The notes under the pieces are model-generated. The model ran no database searches, was not told the DNA's origin, and saw nothing but the letters and a program-made list of their open reading frames with translations. From contig OZ024743.1 of NCBI GenBank assembly GCA_964016885.1, forward strand, positions 144,088,001 to 144,152,000: a DNA stretch of 64,000 nt. Reading direction: 5' to 3'. Positions within the stretch are counted from its first letter, which is position 1, and every line of letters begins with the position of its first letter. Positions 40,015-53,275 of the stretch are shown one piece after another. The DNA comes from Eledone cirrhosa. Lineage: Eukaryota. A program made the position numbers and the translations under genes.

Positions 40015-42429
40015 CACACACACTCACTCACATAAAGCAGGCTTCCTATAGTTTCTGTCTACCAATGTTCACTCGCACAACATTGGTCAATCCAAGGTTA
40101 TAACAGAAAACATTTGCTCAAGGAGCCACACAATGGGACTGAATTCACTCTTTCACCTAAACATTGTTATGTAGTGAAATTGTCTTTTATTGTTCTATTA
40201 TATATCATGTTTTTATCTGAATACTTGAATAAAAAATACAGATTTTTTTTGGCTGTTCTAATTTTTTAAAATCTCTATTTTGATACATTGAATGATGGAA
40301 GAGTTTTATAAGCATGGCTTCTTTAACCCATACATCATTTGTTCATTGGAATACCATGAAAGGTTTAGTCTCTATGTAGTGATATAAATAAGGAAATATA
40401 CACTTGTCAAGAACATGTCAACCTCTCTAAAGCTGGTGCCACAATAAAATGCATCCAGTGCACCTTGTAAAATGGTTGGTGTTGAGAAGAGCATCCAACT
40501 GTAAAAACTATGCCAATATTTGTATCATGACATTGTCCCTGACCTATCTAGAAGGGCAGTAACTCTGAATAAGAACTGATGCAGATAATAATGACCTGTC
40601 TGACTCATGTCAGCATAGAGAGTGGATGTAAAATTGTAATATTGATGATATTGAAGCAAGGGTTAAAGCTAAGAAAATATCATTTTTATTAGACACTAGT
40701 CTCAATAATATATATATATATATATATTGTAGGGTGAGGCAGATCTGCTACCTGTCTATACATAAAAGGCTTTCTGTATTGACAATAAGAAGAGTGTTGG
40801 ACAAAATGCTTTGCTGTATTTGTCCTGCGTCTTTATATTCTGAGTTCCAATCCGACCAATGTTAAAGTTGCTTTTCATCCTTCTGAAGTCTATAGAATAA
40901 AATACCAATCAAGTACTGGGGTTGATATAATTGACTTTTCCCTCACCACAAATTACTGGTTTTCTGCCTAAATTAGAAATAATTATTATTATATTCCAGT
41001 GTTGATAAAATAAAGTACTAATTATGCACTTGGATTGATTTAATCAACTTTGCCTTGCCTCCAAATTTGCTGACCTTGTGCTTAAATAAGAAATCAATAT
41101 TGGCCATTAGAAATAACTAGAATATCTGACAAAGACAAATATAGTCAACTAGAGAGTGACAGAGAAAGGAAATATTGCAATGTCAAATAATTAAGAAGTT
41201 TGCTTTGCAATCATATTCTCCCCTGTTCAATCCTATTGCATGACATCTTGAGTGAATGTCATTTACCATAGGCCTGTGAGTGAAATCGGGTAAACAGAAA
41301 CCATTTCAACGTTTATCAGATGCGCTGTACTTGTAATTCATTGTGTCATGCTGAATCTCCTCAAGAAATTTGGTACAGGTACCTGTGGGATTCTCAGCCA
41401 CTTGTATGTTAATTTCACAAACAAGCTGTCCCATTATTTTCAACAACTGGAACACTCATCAGTGAAATCAATGGAGGTACATTCTATTCCAAAGATAGAA
41501 AGTAAAAAACAGAACAAAACAAAGTTCAATAGTGAGTCACATCCACTGCTACCTATTTACAGCTAGATGAATTGAGCCAGTGAGTGTTGTTTTGTAACTT
41601 GGTCAAGGACACAGAACAGTGTTACTGGTAAGACAGAAAAAAAAAAAAAAAATCCCATCAATCTTTCAGCAAGAAGGACACCCTTATCCATACCCTGTTA
41701 TTTTGACTGTGACACTCTTATTAAAGTGCTAGGAGTTTTTCTTTCTTTTTCATTATTATATTCTTGTTTGTTGAATCACGATATCATTCAGCAAAGATTT
41801 ATTGCATCGTTCCTTAGAAAAGGAGAAGATAATGGAAATGTAAACTTATATTCACTGAATAATTTTATTTATCGGCGCCAAATGTTTGACACAGTGTTGT
41901 AATGTGTGAGAAGGGAGAGGAAAGGAGAGACAGAGAAAGAGTTAAATGTTTAAAACTATTATGTCAGCCACTTGGTGGGGGTGGGGGGCTTAAAGCCGAC
42001 AGACGTACAGACTGTTGTTCCATCAGAAGTAAACAGAGCTAACTACTGTTAAAAGAGTGACTTGGAACTATTTCTGTTTGAAGTAGAATTCAAATCCCAT
42101 CACTAGCATTGTGTTGTACCCCAAGGTAGATATATTAATCTATTTGTCGATGACGGCTTGCTAATCCTATATGTATGTATATATTTAAGCGTGTGTGTGT
42201 GTGTATGTATATGTATAACCCATGCTAACATGGAAGATAGACGTTAAACGATGATGATATATATATATACACACACACATATGTAGGTTCTCAAGTGGTG
42301 TCAGGGGTAACCACGGTTAAATAAGGTACCAGTCATGTACTGGGTCATGAGTGGTGTCAGTGGTAACTGTAGTTAAATAAGGTGCTCAATATGTAGTTAG
42401 AGCATAGGCCTTTTATTATATAGAGAAAC

Positions 42430-42481
42430 GACATCTACAGGACTAGAACTGTTTCATTTATATGAAATCATCAGGAATGTC
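42430..42481 (-). ncRNA. Candidate type I hammerhead ribozyme
   Basis: Minus strand reads gacattc-CTGATGA-tttcatataaat-GAAAC-ag-ttctagtc-ct-GTA-gatgtc. Stems I and III pair, and stem II is weak. Confidence 0.6.
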
Positions 42482-42594
42482 CTCAGGACACTAGTAGTAA
42501 TTTCTATATATATATATATATGTCTGTGTAAATGTATGTGTACACACACATATTTGTGTGTGTGTGTGTGTGTTAATATATATATATGTATATA

Positions 42595-42645
<51 letters not shown>

Positions 42646-42646
42646 A

Positions 42647-42727
<81 letters not shown>

Positions 42728-42746
42728 GTATATATGTATATATATG

Positions 42747-42787
<41 letters not shown>

Positions 42788-42960
42788 GTATATATGTATA
42801 TTTATATGTATATATATATATGTATATTTATATGTATATATATATATGTATATTTATATGTATATATATATATGTATATATATATGTATATATATATGTA
42901 TATATATATGTATATATATATGTATATATATATATGTATATGTATATATATATGTATATA

Positions 42961-43007
<47 letters not shown>

Positions 43008-43008
43008 G

Positions 43009-43039
<31 letters not shown>

Positions 43040-43549
43040 GGTTATATTTGGGGAGGGTCATATTTGCGTAATATTGCCAGAATTAATAACAGAACACACT
43101 CACTGTTTGGTTGGTTTTCGCTTCTCGCTGTCTTTTATATATATATATCTGCGATCTAACTTACTCGGTCCTCAATGTTGCCATTGACTGACCGGCGGTC
43201 AAAAATAAAATAATACAGATACAATATAGACAAACACATATATATATAGTTTACATAAATCTTTCGTTGCACATCTGCAACATCGTCAGTGGTGTTATAT
43301 TCATTGTTCCTCCTGTTGTGTTGTATGTCTACGCCATTTTTTTTTTTTGTTCAGTCCGTCTATATATTTATTTATTTGTTTGCTTGTTTGTTTATCTTAT
43401 TTTATTTTGTCTTCTTTGCGCATGCGTTTGCGTGTGTGATGTGTGACTAGTGTGTATAGTGTTGTGTCTGCTGGGTGACTAGTGTGTGTTTATGTGCTTG
43501 TGTATGTATTTATTTATCTTATTTTATTTAATTTAATTTACTTATTTAT

Positions 43550-44842
43550 TTATACTTCTCTTAGGTCAGTGTTGTTTGTTTGGGTGTTGTTGTTGTTCCA
43601 CTCATTCTTTCTGTTTAGCTTTGGTCTTCTAATTTCTATTTCACTGGCCTCTCTGATTTGCCTATCTGCTGGGTCATTCCTATGTTTAGATATTATTCTA
43701 ATTTCTATGTTGTCTATGTTACCGTCATGATGTTGTCTAGCATGTTCGTATAGTACTGACCCGTTTTTTCGTCCTTTTAGTTCCCCCCAGTGTTGGTCTA
43801 TCCTTTCACCTATGCTACGAGCTGTCTCACCTATGTATGTTGTTGTCGTGTTTCTACAAGTACCCTCTGTACATCTTATGCTATAGACTACGTTTCTAGT
43901 TTTACAGTTTATCCGGGGGTTCACCTTACATATGATACATTTCCTATTGGTACAGTGGGTTTTCTTAAAAGGGTAGGTTTTGCTGATCAGGGATTTTATG
44001 GTGGTTCCTGGCTTTTCTACCACCTTTATTTTTAAGTGGGTCTTTCTCAGGGCCTTTCTACACTGGTTAGCTAATTTCCCTCCAGGGGTGGCGTCCACAA
44101 ACATGACACTCTGATATCTCTGGTTGTCGTACCATGATGTGGCCTTCCCTATCTTATGTCTAGCCCTATCTAAGCTATTCCATGATTTGCTCCTGTATAG
44201 TGGGCAAATTCCTTTCATGTCCAGTTCTATGAGGGTCTTATACTTTTCCATGGCTCCTTCGTATACTCTGACTCTGTCTCTTTGGTTGTAGCCAGAGAAC
44301 TGCATGCGGTTGATGAAGTGTTGGATGTGTCCTTCCATTTCTGTTGGGTCGCACATGCTGGACACATTCTTCATCACTCGTACCAAATCTGCGATCAGAA
44401 TATTAAACTTAGCACTACTGGACATTGCTGAGTTTTTGAGTATCAGGTATTTGGAGGCCATGGGTTTAGCATAGTGTGAGTGGAGAATTTGGGCTCTCTC
44501 ATCTATAGTGTTAATCCAGAGTTCTGTGTCTAATACAGGTAGTCTATTGTTAGGGTGTTTGGAAGGGAAGTCTATAGTTACAGTTATACTCTGGTGTATG
44601 GAATTAGCTATCTGCTGGATGCTTTCCATCGTGCTACGTTCTAAATCAAACTTGTTAGTGCTCTCTAGTGGGGGTGTTCTTATAACTATATTGATATCGT
44701 CTACATAACGAGAGTACATGATGAGGTCTATGGAGCTTTCATTAAGGAGATCTTTAAGTCTCCTTTCCCACCATACCATGAAAAGGTTGGCAACATCGCC
44801 AGCTATGCTGACGCCGATGGCTGCTCCCTCATTTTGGGTGTA
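43550..44842 (-). CDS. 5'-truncated PLE reverse transcriptase plus C-terminal GIY-YIG endonuclease
   Basis: QNEGAAIG..VANLFM, RYVDD, LPVLD, CTNRKCIIC..CKTRNVVYSIRC..YIGETARSIGERIDQH..RQIREA..LNRKNEW, uninterrupted. The first ~20 aa of the listed ORF come from the inverted arm. Confidence 0.93.
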   Translation of the reverse strand, partial: YTQNEGAAIGVSIAGDVANLFMVWWERRLKDLLNESSIDLIMYSRYVDDINIVIRTPPLESTNKFDLERSTMESIQQIANSIHQSITVTIDFPSKHPNNRLPVLDTELWINTIDERAQILHSHYAKPMASKYLILKNSAMSSSAKFNILIADLVRVMKNVSSMCDPTEMEGHIQHFINRMQFSGYNQRDRVRVYEGAMEKYKTLIELDMKGICPLYRSKSWNSLDRARHKIGKATSWYDNQRYQSVMFVDATPGGKLANQCRKALRKTHLKIKVVEKPGTTIKSLISKTYPFKKTHCTNRKCIICKVNPRINCKTRNVVYSIRCTEGTCRNTTTTYIGETARSIGERIDQHWGELKGRKNGSVLYEHARQHHDGNIDNIEIRIISKHRNDPADRQIREASEIEIRRPKLNRKNEWNNNNTQTNNTDLREV

Positions 44843-45442
44843 GAAACGTAGTCTATAGCATAAGATGTACAGAGGGTACTTGTAGAAACACGACAACAAC
44901 ATACATAGGTGAGACAGCTCGTAGCATAGGTGAAAGGATAGACCAACACTGGGGGGAACTAAAAGGACGAAAAAACGGGTCAGTACTATACGAACATGCT
45001 AGACAACATCATGACGGTAACATAGACAACATAGAAATTAGAATAATATCTAAACATAGGAATGACCCAGCAGATAGGCAAATCAGAGAGGCCAGTGAAA
45101 TAGAAATTAGAAGACCAAAGCTAAACAGAAAGAATGAGTGGAACAACAACAACACCCAAACAAACAACACTGACCTAAGAGAAGTATAAATAAATAAGTA
45201 AATTAAATTAAATAAAATAAGATAAATAAATACATACACAAGCACATAAACACACACTAGTCACCCAGCAGACACAACACTATACACACTAGTCACACAT
45301 CACACACGCAAACGCATGCGCAAAGAAGACAAAATAAAATAAGATAAACAAACAAGCAAACAAATAAATAAATATATAGACGGACTGAACAAAAAAAAAA
45401 AATGGCGTAGACATACAACACAACAGGAGGAACAATGAATAT

Positions 45443-45506
45443 AACACCACTGACGATGTTGCAGATGTGCAACGAAAGATTTATGTAAACTATATATATA
45501 TGTGTT
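45443..45506 (+). ncRNA. Candidate hammerhead in the PLE 3'UTR (mirror copy at about 43233-43296 on minus)
   Basis: aacacca-CTGACGA-t-gttgca-gatg-tgcaac-GAAA-gatttatgtaaa-CTA..gtgtt. Core and stem II are clear, stems I and III are imperfect. Confidence 0.55.
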
Positions 45507-45902
45507 TGTCTATATTGTATCTGTATTATTTTATTTTTGACCGCCGGTCAGTCAATGGCAACATTGAGGACCGAGTAAGTTAGATCGCAGATATATATAT
45601 ATAAAAGACAGCGAGAAGCGAAAACCAACCAAACAGTGAGTGTGTTCTGTTATTAATTCTGGCAATATTACGCAAATATGACCCTCCCCAAATATAACAA
45701 TATCTGTTTCGACACACGATTTCATATAAAAAACCTCGCAAAACTAATTCATCGCCGCTATATATATATGTGTATATATATATATGTATATGTATATTTA
45801 TATGCATATATATATATGTATATATATATATGTATATACATATATATATACATATATATATATTAACACACACACACAAATATGTGTGTGTGTACATATA
45901 TG

Positions 45903-45967
<65 letters not shown>

Positions 45968-45986
45968 GTATATATATATATGTATG

Positions 45987-46041
<55 letters not shown>

Positions 46042-46513
46042 GTATATATATATATGTATGTATATATATATATGTATGTATATATATATATATGTATGTG
46101 TATATATATATATGTATGTGTATATATATATGTATGTATATATATATATATATGTATGTATATATATATATATGTATGTGTATATATATATATGTATGTA
46201 TATATATATATATGTATGTGTATATATATATATGTATGTATATATATATATATGTATGTGTATATATATATATGTATGTATATATATATGTATGTATATA
46301 TATATATATGTATGTGTATATATATATATATGTATGTGTATATATATATATGTATGTATATATATATGTATGTATATATATATATATGTATGTATATATA
46401 TATATATGTATGTATATATATATATATATGTATGTATATATATATGTATATATATATATATGTATATATATATGTATGTATATATGTATGTATATATATA
46501 TGTATATATATAT

Positions 46514-47813
46514 AAGAAATTCCAAACATGGAAGCACGGCCTAGAGTCAAAAGGACTTAAAATTAACCTGGCTAAGACCAAAGTACTAGTTTGTAGGAAA
46601 GAAAACAAGGCGGCGGTCCCTTCTGGGAAATGGTCGTGCTCGGTGTGTAGGAAAGGCGTAGGTAGAAACTCCATTTTATGTCCTAAATGCAAAGTATGGG
46701 TGCATAAAAGATGTAGTGGGATCACAGGTAGGCTAACTAAGAACATAGATTTTACATGTGGCCGGTGCTCTGGTGCAATAAGTAGCAGCAAGTGCCCACA
46801 AACTACTAGCTCTTTCAATTGCGCAGAGGGTTCTATAGAAATAGTGGACAGCTTCCGTTACCTGGGCGATAAAATCAGCAGTGGGGGAGGGTGCTCTGAA
46901 AGTACTGTAGCTAGAGTCAGAACTGGTTGGAAAAAGTTCAGAGAGCTTATACCACTATTAGCTGCTAAAGGGTTCTCACTAAAAATGAAAGGCAGGTTGT
47001 ACGATGCCTGCATACGAACAGCAATGCTGCATGGCAGTGAGACCTGGGCATTGTGTGCAGAGGATATACGCAGACTAGAGAGGAACGAAGCTTGCATGCT
47101 CCGCTGGATGTGTAACAGTAATATACGTGAACGGCAAAGCATAAACGAACTAAGGAATAAATTAGAGATAAGAGGGATCAGATGTTGTTTACTCGAGAGA
47201 AGGCTACGTTGGTATGGACACGTGATGCGCATGAAAGTCGATAGCTGTATAACAAAGTGCAGGGCAATAAAGATAGACGGTAGTCACGGAATAGGCAGAC
47301 CTAGAAAAACCTGGGACGAGCTGATAAACTCCGACATCACACACTTACACCTCTCCAAGACAATGTCACTGGACCGGGACCTTTGGCGGTACTCAGTAAC
47401 AGAGAAGACCCGCCTTACCTAAATATATAGTAAAACCTACTCCAGCCAGTAGGCATCTCTAACAAATACACCCCGTCCCACCACCCCCACCCGATCCACA
47501 CCACCCCGTTCTATGTAAAGTTATGTTGGTGCCGCGCCATCGAGGCCGAAACAAATGAGATCGTGTAGGTGTCACGACAAAAAAACACACAGTCCACGCT
47601 GTAATGTGGCCGTGTAGGCAACACGGTAAAAACCTCCCAGACCCACACTGTAAATGTGGTTGGTGTTAGGAAGGGCATCCAACTGTAGAAAACCTGCCAG
47701 ACAGTCCTATGCGAGCAAGACAATCACTCTTGCCTCAAGTGGGACTACCCCCGTCCAAACCCATGCAAGCGTGGAACACGGACGTTAAACGCTGATGATG
47801 ATGATGATGATGA
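46514..47813 (+). mobile_element. 5'-truncated RTE LINE with an open C-terminal ORF
   Basis: [33 protein letters not shown] ends at 47422, followed by 3'UTR and (GAT)n tail. Confidence 0.95.
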
Positions 47814-48029
47814 TATATATGTATATATATATATGTATGTATATATATATGTATATATATATATATGTATATATATATGTATGTATATATATATATGTAT
47901 GTATATATATATATGTATGTATATATATATGTATATATATATATATGTATATATATATGTATGTATATATATATATGTATGTATATATATATATATGTAT
48001 GTATGTATGTATATATATATATATATATA

Positions 48030-51000
48030 TCATCATCATCATCGTTTAACGTCCATATTCCACGCTTGCATGGGTTTGGACGGGAGTTTTCCCACTTGAG
48101 GCAAGAGTGGTTGTCTCGCTCGCATAGGACTGTCTGGCAGGTTTTCTATGGCTGGATGCCCTTCCTAACACCAACCACATTTACAGTGTGGAACTGGGAG
48201 GTTTTTACCGTGTTACCTACACGGCCACATTACAGCGTGGACTGTGTGTTTTTTTGTCGTGACACCTACATGACCTCATTTGTTTCGGCCTGGATGTTGT
48301 GGTACCAACATAACATAACTTTACATTGAAAGGGGTGGTGTGGATGGGGTGGGGGTATGGGACGGGGGGTGTATTTTGTTAGAAGTGCCTACTGACTGTA
48401 GTAGGTTTTACTTTGTATTTAGGTAAGGCGGGTCTTCTCTATTACTGTGTAGCACCAAAGATCTCGGTCAAGTGGCATTGTCTTGGAGAGGTGTAAGTGT
48501 GTGAGGTCGGAATTTATCAAGTCGTCCCAGGTTTTTCTGGGTCTGCCTACTCCGTGGCTACCGTCTATTTTTATTGCCCTACACTTTTTTATACAGCTGT
48601 CGTCTTTCATGCGCATCACGTGACCGTACCAACGTAGCCTTCTCTCGAGTAAACAACATCTGATCCCTCTTATTTCTAATTTTTCCCTTAGTTCGTTTAT
48701 GCTTTGCCGTTCACGTATATTACTATTACACATCCAGCGGAGCATGCAAGCTTCGTTCCTCTCTAGTTGCGTATATCCTCTGCACGCAATGCCCAGGTCT
48801 CACTGCCATGCAACATTACTGTTCGTATGCAGGCATCATACAGCCTGCCTTTCATTTTTAGGGAGAACCCTTTAGCGGCTAATAGTGGTATAAGCTCTCT
48901 GAACTTTTTCCATCCCGTTCTGACTCTAGCTACTGTATTTTCAGAGCACCCTCCCCCACTGCTGATTTTGTCACCCAGGTAACGGAAGCTATCCACTATT
49001 TCTATAGAACCATCTGTGCAATGGAATGAGCTAGTATTCTGTGGGCACTTGCTGCTACTTATTGCACCAGAGCACCGGCCACATATAAAATCTATGTTTT
49101 TAGTTAGCTTACCTGTGATACCACTACATCTTTTATGCACCCATAGTTTGCATTTGGGACATAAAATGGAGTTTCTAATTACTCCTTTCCTACACACTGA
49201 GCATGGCCATTTCCCGGATGAGACCGGCGCCCTATTTTCCTTCCTACAAACTAGAACTTTAGTCTTAGACAGGTTAATTTTAAGGCCTTTTGATTCTAGG
49301 CCATGCTTCTATGTTTGGAATTTCTTTTCTAGTTCGGCCATTGATTCAGCTATGAGCGTTAGATCATCTGCGTATAGGAGTTCCCATGGGCAGCCGGCCT
49401 TGAACTCCACTGTTATAGCCTGAAGGGCAATAATAAATAGTAGGGGTCTAAGAACGGAGCCCTGATGAGCACCAACTTTTACGCGAAACTCTTCACTATA
49501 TTCGTTGTTAATTCTAACCTTGCTGACTGTTTCTTTATACATGGCTTGTATAGCTCTCACAAGCCATTCATCAACACCTAGTTTTCTAAGAGCCCACCAG
49601 ATAATGGAACAGGGGACTCTGTCGAAGGCTTTCTCCAAGTCGACAAAAGCTAAGTATAGGGGTTTACTTTTAGCTAGGTACTTCTCCTGTAGTTGTCGTA
49701 CAATGAAAAGAGCGTCTGTGGTACTTTTGCCTGACACAAACCCGAACTGCATTTCATCTAGATCAATTCTCTCTCTGATTAGTTGCGCTATTACTTTTTC
49801 TGTGACCTTCATGACCTGGTCGATTAATTTAATGCCTCTATAGTTACTCCTATCTAGGGCATCTCCTTTACCCTTGTAGCAGTTAATGATGATGCTGCTA
49901 CGCCAGTCCTTCGGAACAACCCCATTCTGTATGACTTGGTTTACTATCCGGGTGACCATGGTGTGTCCCACCGTTTCAGCATTTCAGCAACTATTTCCGA
50001 AGGCCCAGCCGCCTTACCCGTCTTCATATCTTTGATTGCCTTACTTATTATACTACCTTCGACTAACACTGCTGGTCCCTCTATTGGGTCGATGTGGGGG
50101 AGACTGTCTTTCTCCCATTTATTCTCCTCATTTAGTAGCCTTTCATAGTGACACTTCCAAGCTACCTTCTTATCAGCATCAGTGATGGCAAGTACACCAT
50201 CATCATTAAGTACACACTTCTCCCCGACAATATCACGGTTTTCCTTGACACATTGCCTAGCAATCCTGAACACCTCACGTTTTTGGTCCTCGCGTTGTAG
50301 AACATGCTTGAACTTTCTTTCCTCTGCTTCCCTTCTTGCGAAGTACACTTATCTCCTAGCTTCCCTCCTGGCCACTTGATAGTCTTCTCTACTTTCCCAT
50401 CCCGCCATACTTTCCAAGCCTGCTTTTTGGCCTTAATTGACTCCTCCACCTTCTGTTCCACCACCATGTTACTCTCCTCCTGCCTATAGGCCTGCTCCAG
50501 CCACAGACTTCGTCTGCCGCCATCAGCAGGTTTGCTTTCAGGAATTCCCACTGTTCCTCTATATTGTACGACTCTAAATGCTCTTCCTTACTGTCGAAAG
50601 CATCAAGTAATATGCTTTTAAATTTATTACTGGCTGTGGGGTCCTTTAGCTTCCATATTTTTCTCCTGAGGATAGTCCTCTTCTGCTGTCGAGTACGTCT
50701 CGTCCTGACTATGGGGTCGCTAATTATCAGTCTATGTTGGGAGGTGCATTCTTCATGGGGGAGGGATTTAGTGTTTACAACAGACACTCTGTCACGTCTT
50801 CTGGTAAGGATATAATCTACCTGGCTGGTATGTTCCCCTGATCTGTAGGTGATCAAGTGATTGTCTCATTTTTTGAAGCTAGTGTTACAGATAGTTAGGT
50901 TATTTGCGTCACAGAATTCCAGGATTCTGGAGCCTTCCTCATTTCTAGTACCAAACCCATAGCCTCCGTGGATACCATCATAGCCGTCACAATGTTGTCC

Positions 51001-52064
51001 AACGTGACCATTTAGGTCGCCAGCAATAATTATATAGTCACTGTCGGTTATTTGGGAGGTAGTGAGCATCAGTGTCTCATAGAAACTGTCTTTTATAGCG
51101 CCAGGCAGTCCGGATTGGGGTGCGTACGCAGATATTACCGTCACAGTAGTTCTATTTAGAACAAGTCTTATTTTAATTATTCTGTCATTCACTCTATTTA
51201 CGTCTATTATCTTATCCACCCATTTTTCTGCTAACATGATTCCTACCCCACCCAGCCCATTGTCATTTCCCACCCAGAAAAGCTTATAGCATCGTTTTTT
51301 ACCCACAATGAATCTAGCAGACCCGCCCCTCCACCTGGTCTCTTGGATACAGCAAAGATCAACCTCCTTACGTTCAAGCATTCCTACAACCTCGTTAGAG
51401 CGGCCTTTTAAGGTGCCTACATTCATGGTACCAACTCTGAAGTTTTGAATTGCGTTTGGTGGGTGGAGCGCAGGGAGGGGTGAGGTGGTTGGGGTTATGT
51501 TGGCCATCCGCGGCCGCAACAAAGAGGAGGGGGGCCTTGCCCTTTCGTCCGGCAGCATGAGGTGAATTTGTCGTTATCTTTGGCATTGTCTTCGAGTGTC
51601 CAGATTCTTCAGACTCTCTAGAAATTCCTTAGTCCATCCATCATATCGAAAAGTAACCAGAAGTGATAGCATAGGCCGTTGAATTGTGATTGGTCCAAAT
51701 AATAAAGGTGGAAAGTGGGGGCGGGAGGGAGGGGTATGGGGTAGTTAGCGAGGAGCAGGCTTATTTATATTTGGTGCGTAGGGAGTGAGAGAGAGGGAGA
51801 TTGAGAGAGCGACGTATATGATAGAGAGAGAGGGGGTGAAAGCGATTTTAAAGGGGCGAGAGAGAGAGAAGCCAATTTTATGAATCCTCGAAAAAATTTT
51901 CGTCCAAAATGGTAGCGAGAGGATTATTTAGAACAAGCGTGGAGAAGATTTTTAGAACAGTGAGACAGAATTATAGAAAAACAATTATGAATAGGATTTT
52001 GATTCTGGGCGATTATAGATATATGGCTGAATGAACCGAAGGGTGGGGAGGCAAGAAGAAAATG
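48030..52064 (-). mobile_element. Near full-length (~4 kb) RTE-clade LINE, single ORF disabled
   Basis: APE endonuclease (GTMNVGTL, CIQETRW, SAYAPQ, AGDLNGH, QVDYIL, SQHRL), RT (FVDLEKAFDRV, QGSVL, YADD), Cys-rich finger and C-terminus, split over six ORFs. (GAT)n tail. TA tracts on both sides. Confidence 0.95.
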
Positions 52065-52125
52065 TATATATATATATATATGTATATGTATATATATATA
52101 TGTATATATATGTATATATATATAT

Positions 52126-52620
52126 GCTACTGGTAACATGTATCCCAGTACAACCTGTCCCATGGTCGGGTCGTTGGCGACTAAACTGGCAACCCCACCA
52201 AGGTTTCTTGGTGAGGAGGGTGACTTTGGACATCCTGCAGGACTAAAAACAAAACCTGGCAAAGGAGCTCTTAAGAGTCAATGGCCATCCAAAATCACCG
52301 GGAGAGATGACCCCTTAGCCTTTGTCAAGGCAGAATTCTAAGAGAAGGAAAACTCTGATATAACACCTGCAACCCTGATGGTATCCAATGATGTTGACTT
52401 ATTCTTCTTTTTGGTAAATATCATCTTGGTTAAGAGAGTGGGACTGGCTTTGTGCAGTGCCTTTGCTCACTATAAAAGCTTCACGGCACAGGCATTGCTT
52501 TATATCTGGAGATCTCTCTACACTTGTCGTCACATGGTACCAAAGGCCCAACACTATGTGTCAATAATTGTCACAGGTGTAGTGTTTGTACCAGAGTTTT
52601 CAAGTCGCTGGCTGGACTAA
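52126..52620 (+). mobile_element. Dispersed repeat homologous to 6675-6962, probable LINE 5'UTR
   Basis: Shared colinear blocks including gagaaggaaaactctgatataa. Confidence 0.5.
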
Positions 52621-52706
52621 AAGTCACACTTGTTTAGCGCATCGGTAGGGGTTCTCCTACATGGATATAAAGTAGTGGCCGTACTCGAAAACGAGTTGGC
52701 AGCCAC

Positions 52707-52709
52707 CAT

Positions 52710-52761
<52 letters not shown>

Positions 52762-52966
52762 GCATATATATATATGTATATGCATATATATATATATATG
52801 TATATATGTATATATATATATATGTATATATGCATATATATATATATGTATATATGTATATATATATATATGTATATATGTATATATATATATATGTATA
52901 TATATATGTATATATATATATGTATATATATATATGTATATATATATATATGTATATATATATATG

Positions 52967-53013
<47 letters not shown>

Positions 53014-53036
53014 GTATATATATATATGTATATATG

Positions 53037-53069
<33 letters not shown>

Positions 53070-53210
53070 GTATATATATATATGTATATATATATATGTA
53101 TATATATATATATGTATATATATGTATATATATATATGTATATATATATATGTATATATATATATGTATATATATATATGTATATATATATATATGTATA
53201 TATATATATG

Positions 53211-53241
<31 letters not shown>

Positions 53242-53243
53242 GT

Positions 53244-53275
<32 letters not shown>

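Larger units (their letters stand above)
43041..45760. mobile_element. Young Penelope-like element as a head-to-head inverted pair
   Basis: 43041-43899 is the reverse complement of 44841-45698 with no differences noticed. The unique core 43900-44840 encodes RT. A tail at 45699-45760 is present only on the right. Embedded in TA-rich microsatellite. Confidence 0.93.

Noticed and set aside
43550-44842. Selenocysteine recoding in the PLE ORF
   Set aside because: No in-frame TGA in the visible ORF and no convincing SECIS in the 3'UTR.
44843-44902. Start codon and N-terminus of the 450-aa ORF
   Set aside because: It derives from the antisense of the inverted arm. The RT is 5'-truncated.
45699-45760. 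Antisense hammerhead in the family B tail (gcgatga...gaaacagatattgtt)
   Set aside because: The core lacks CUGA, the triplet would be GUU, and no stem I is evident.
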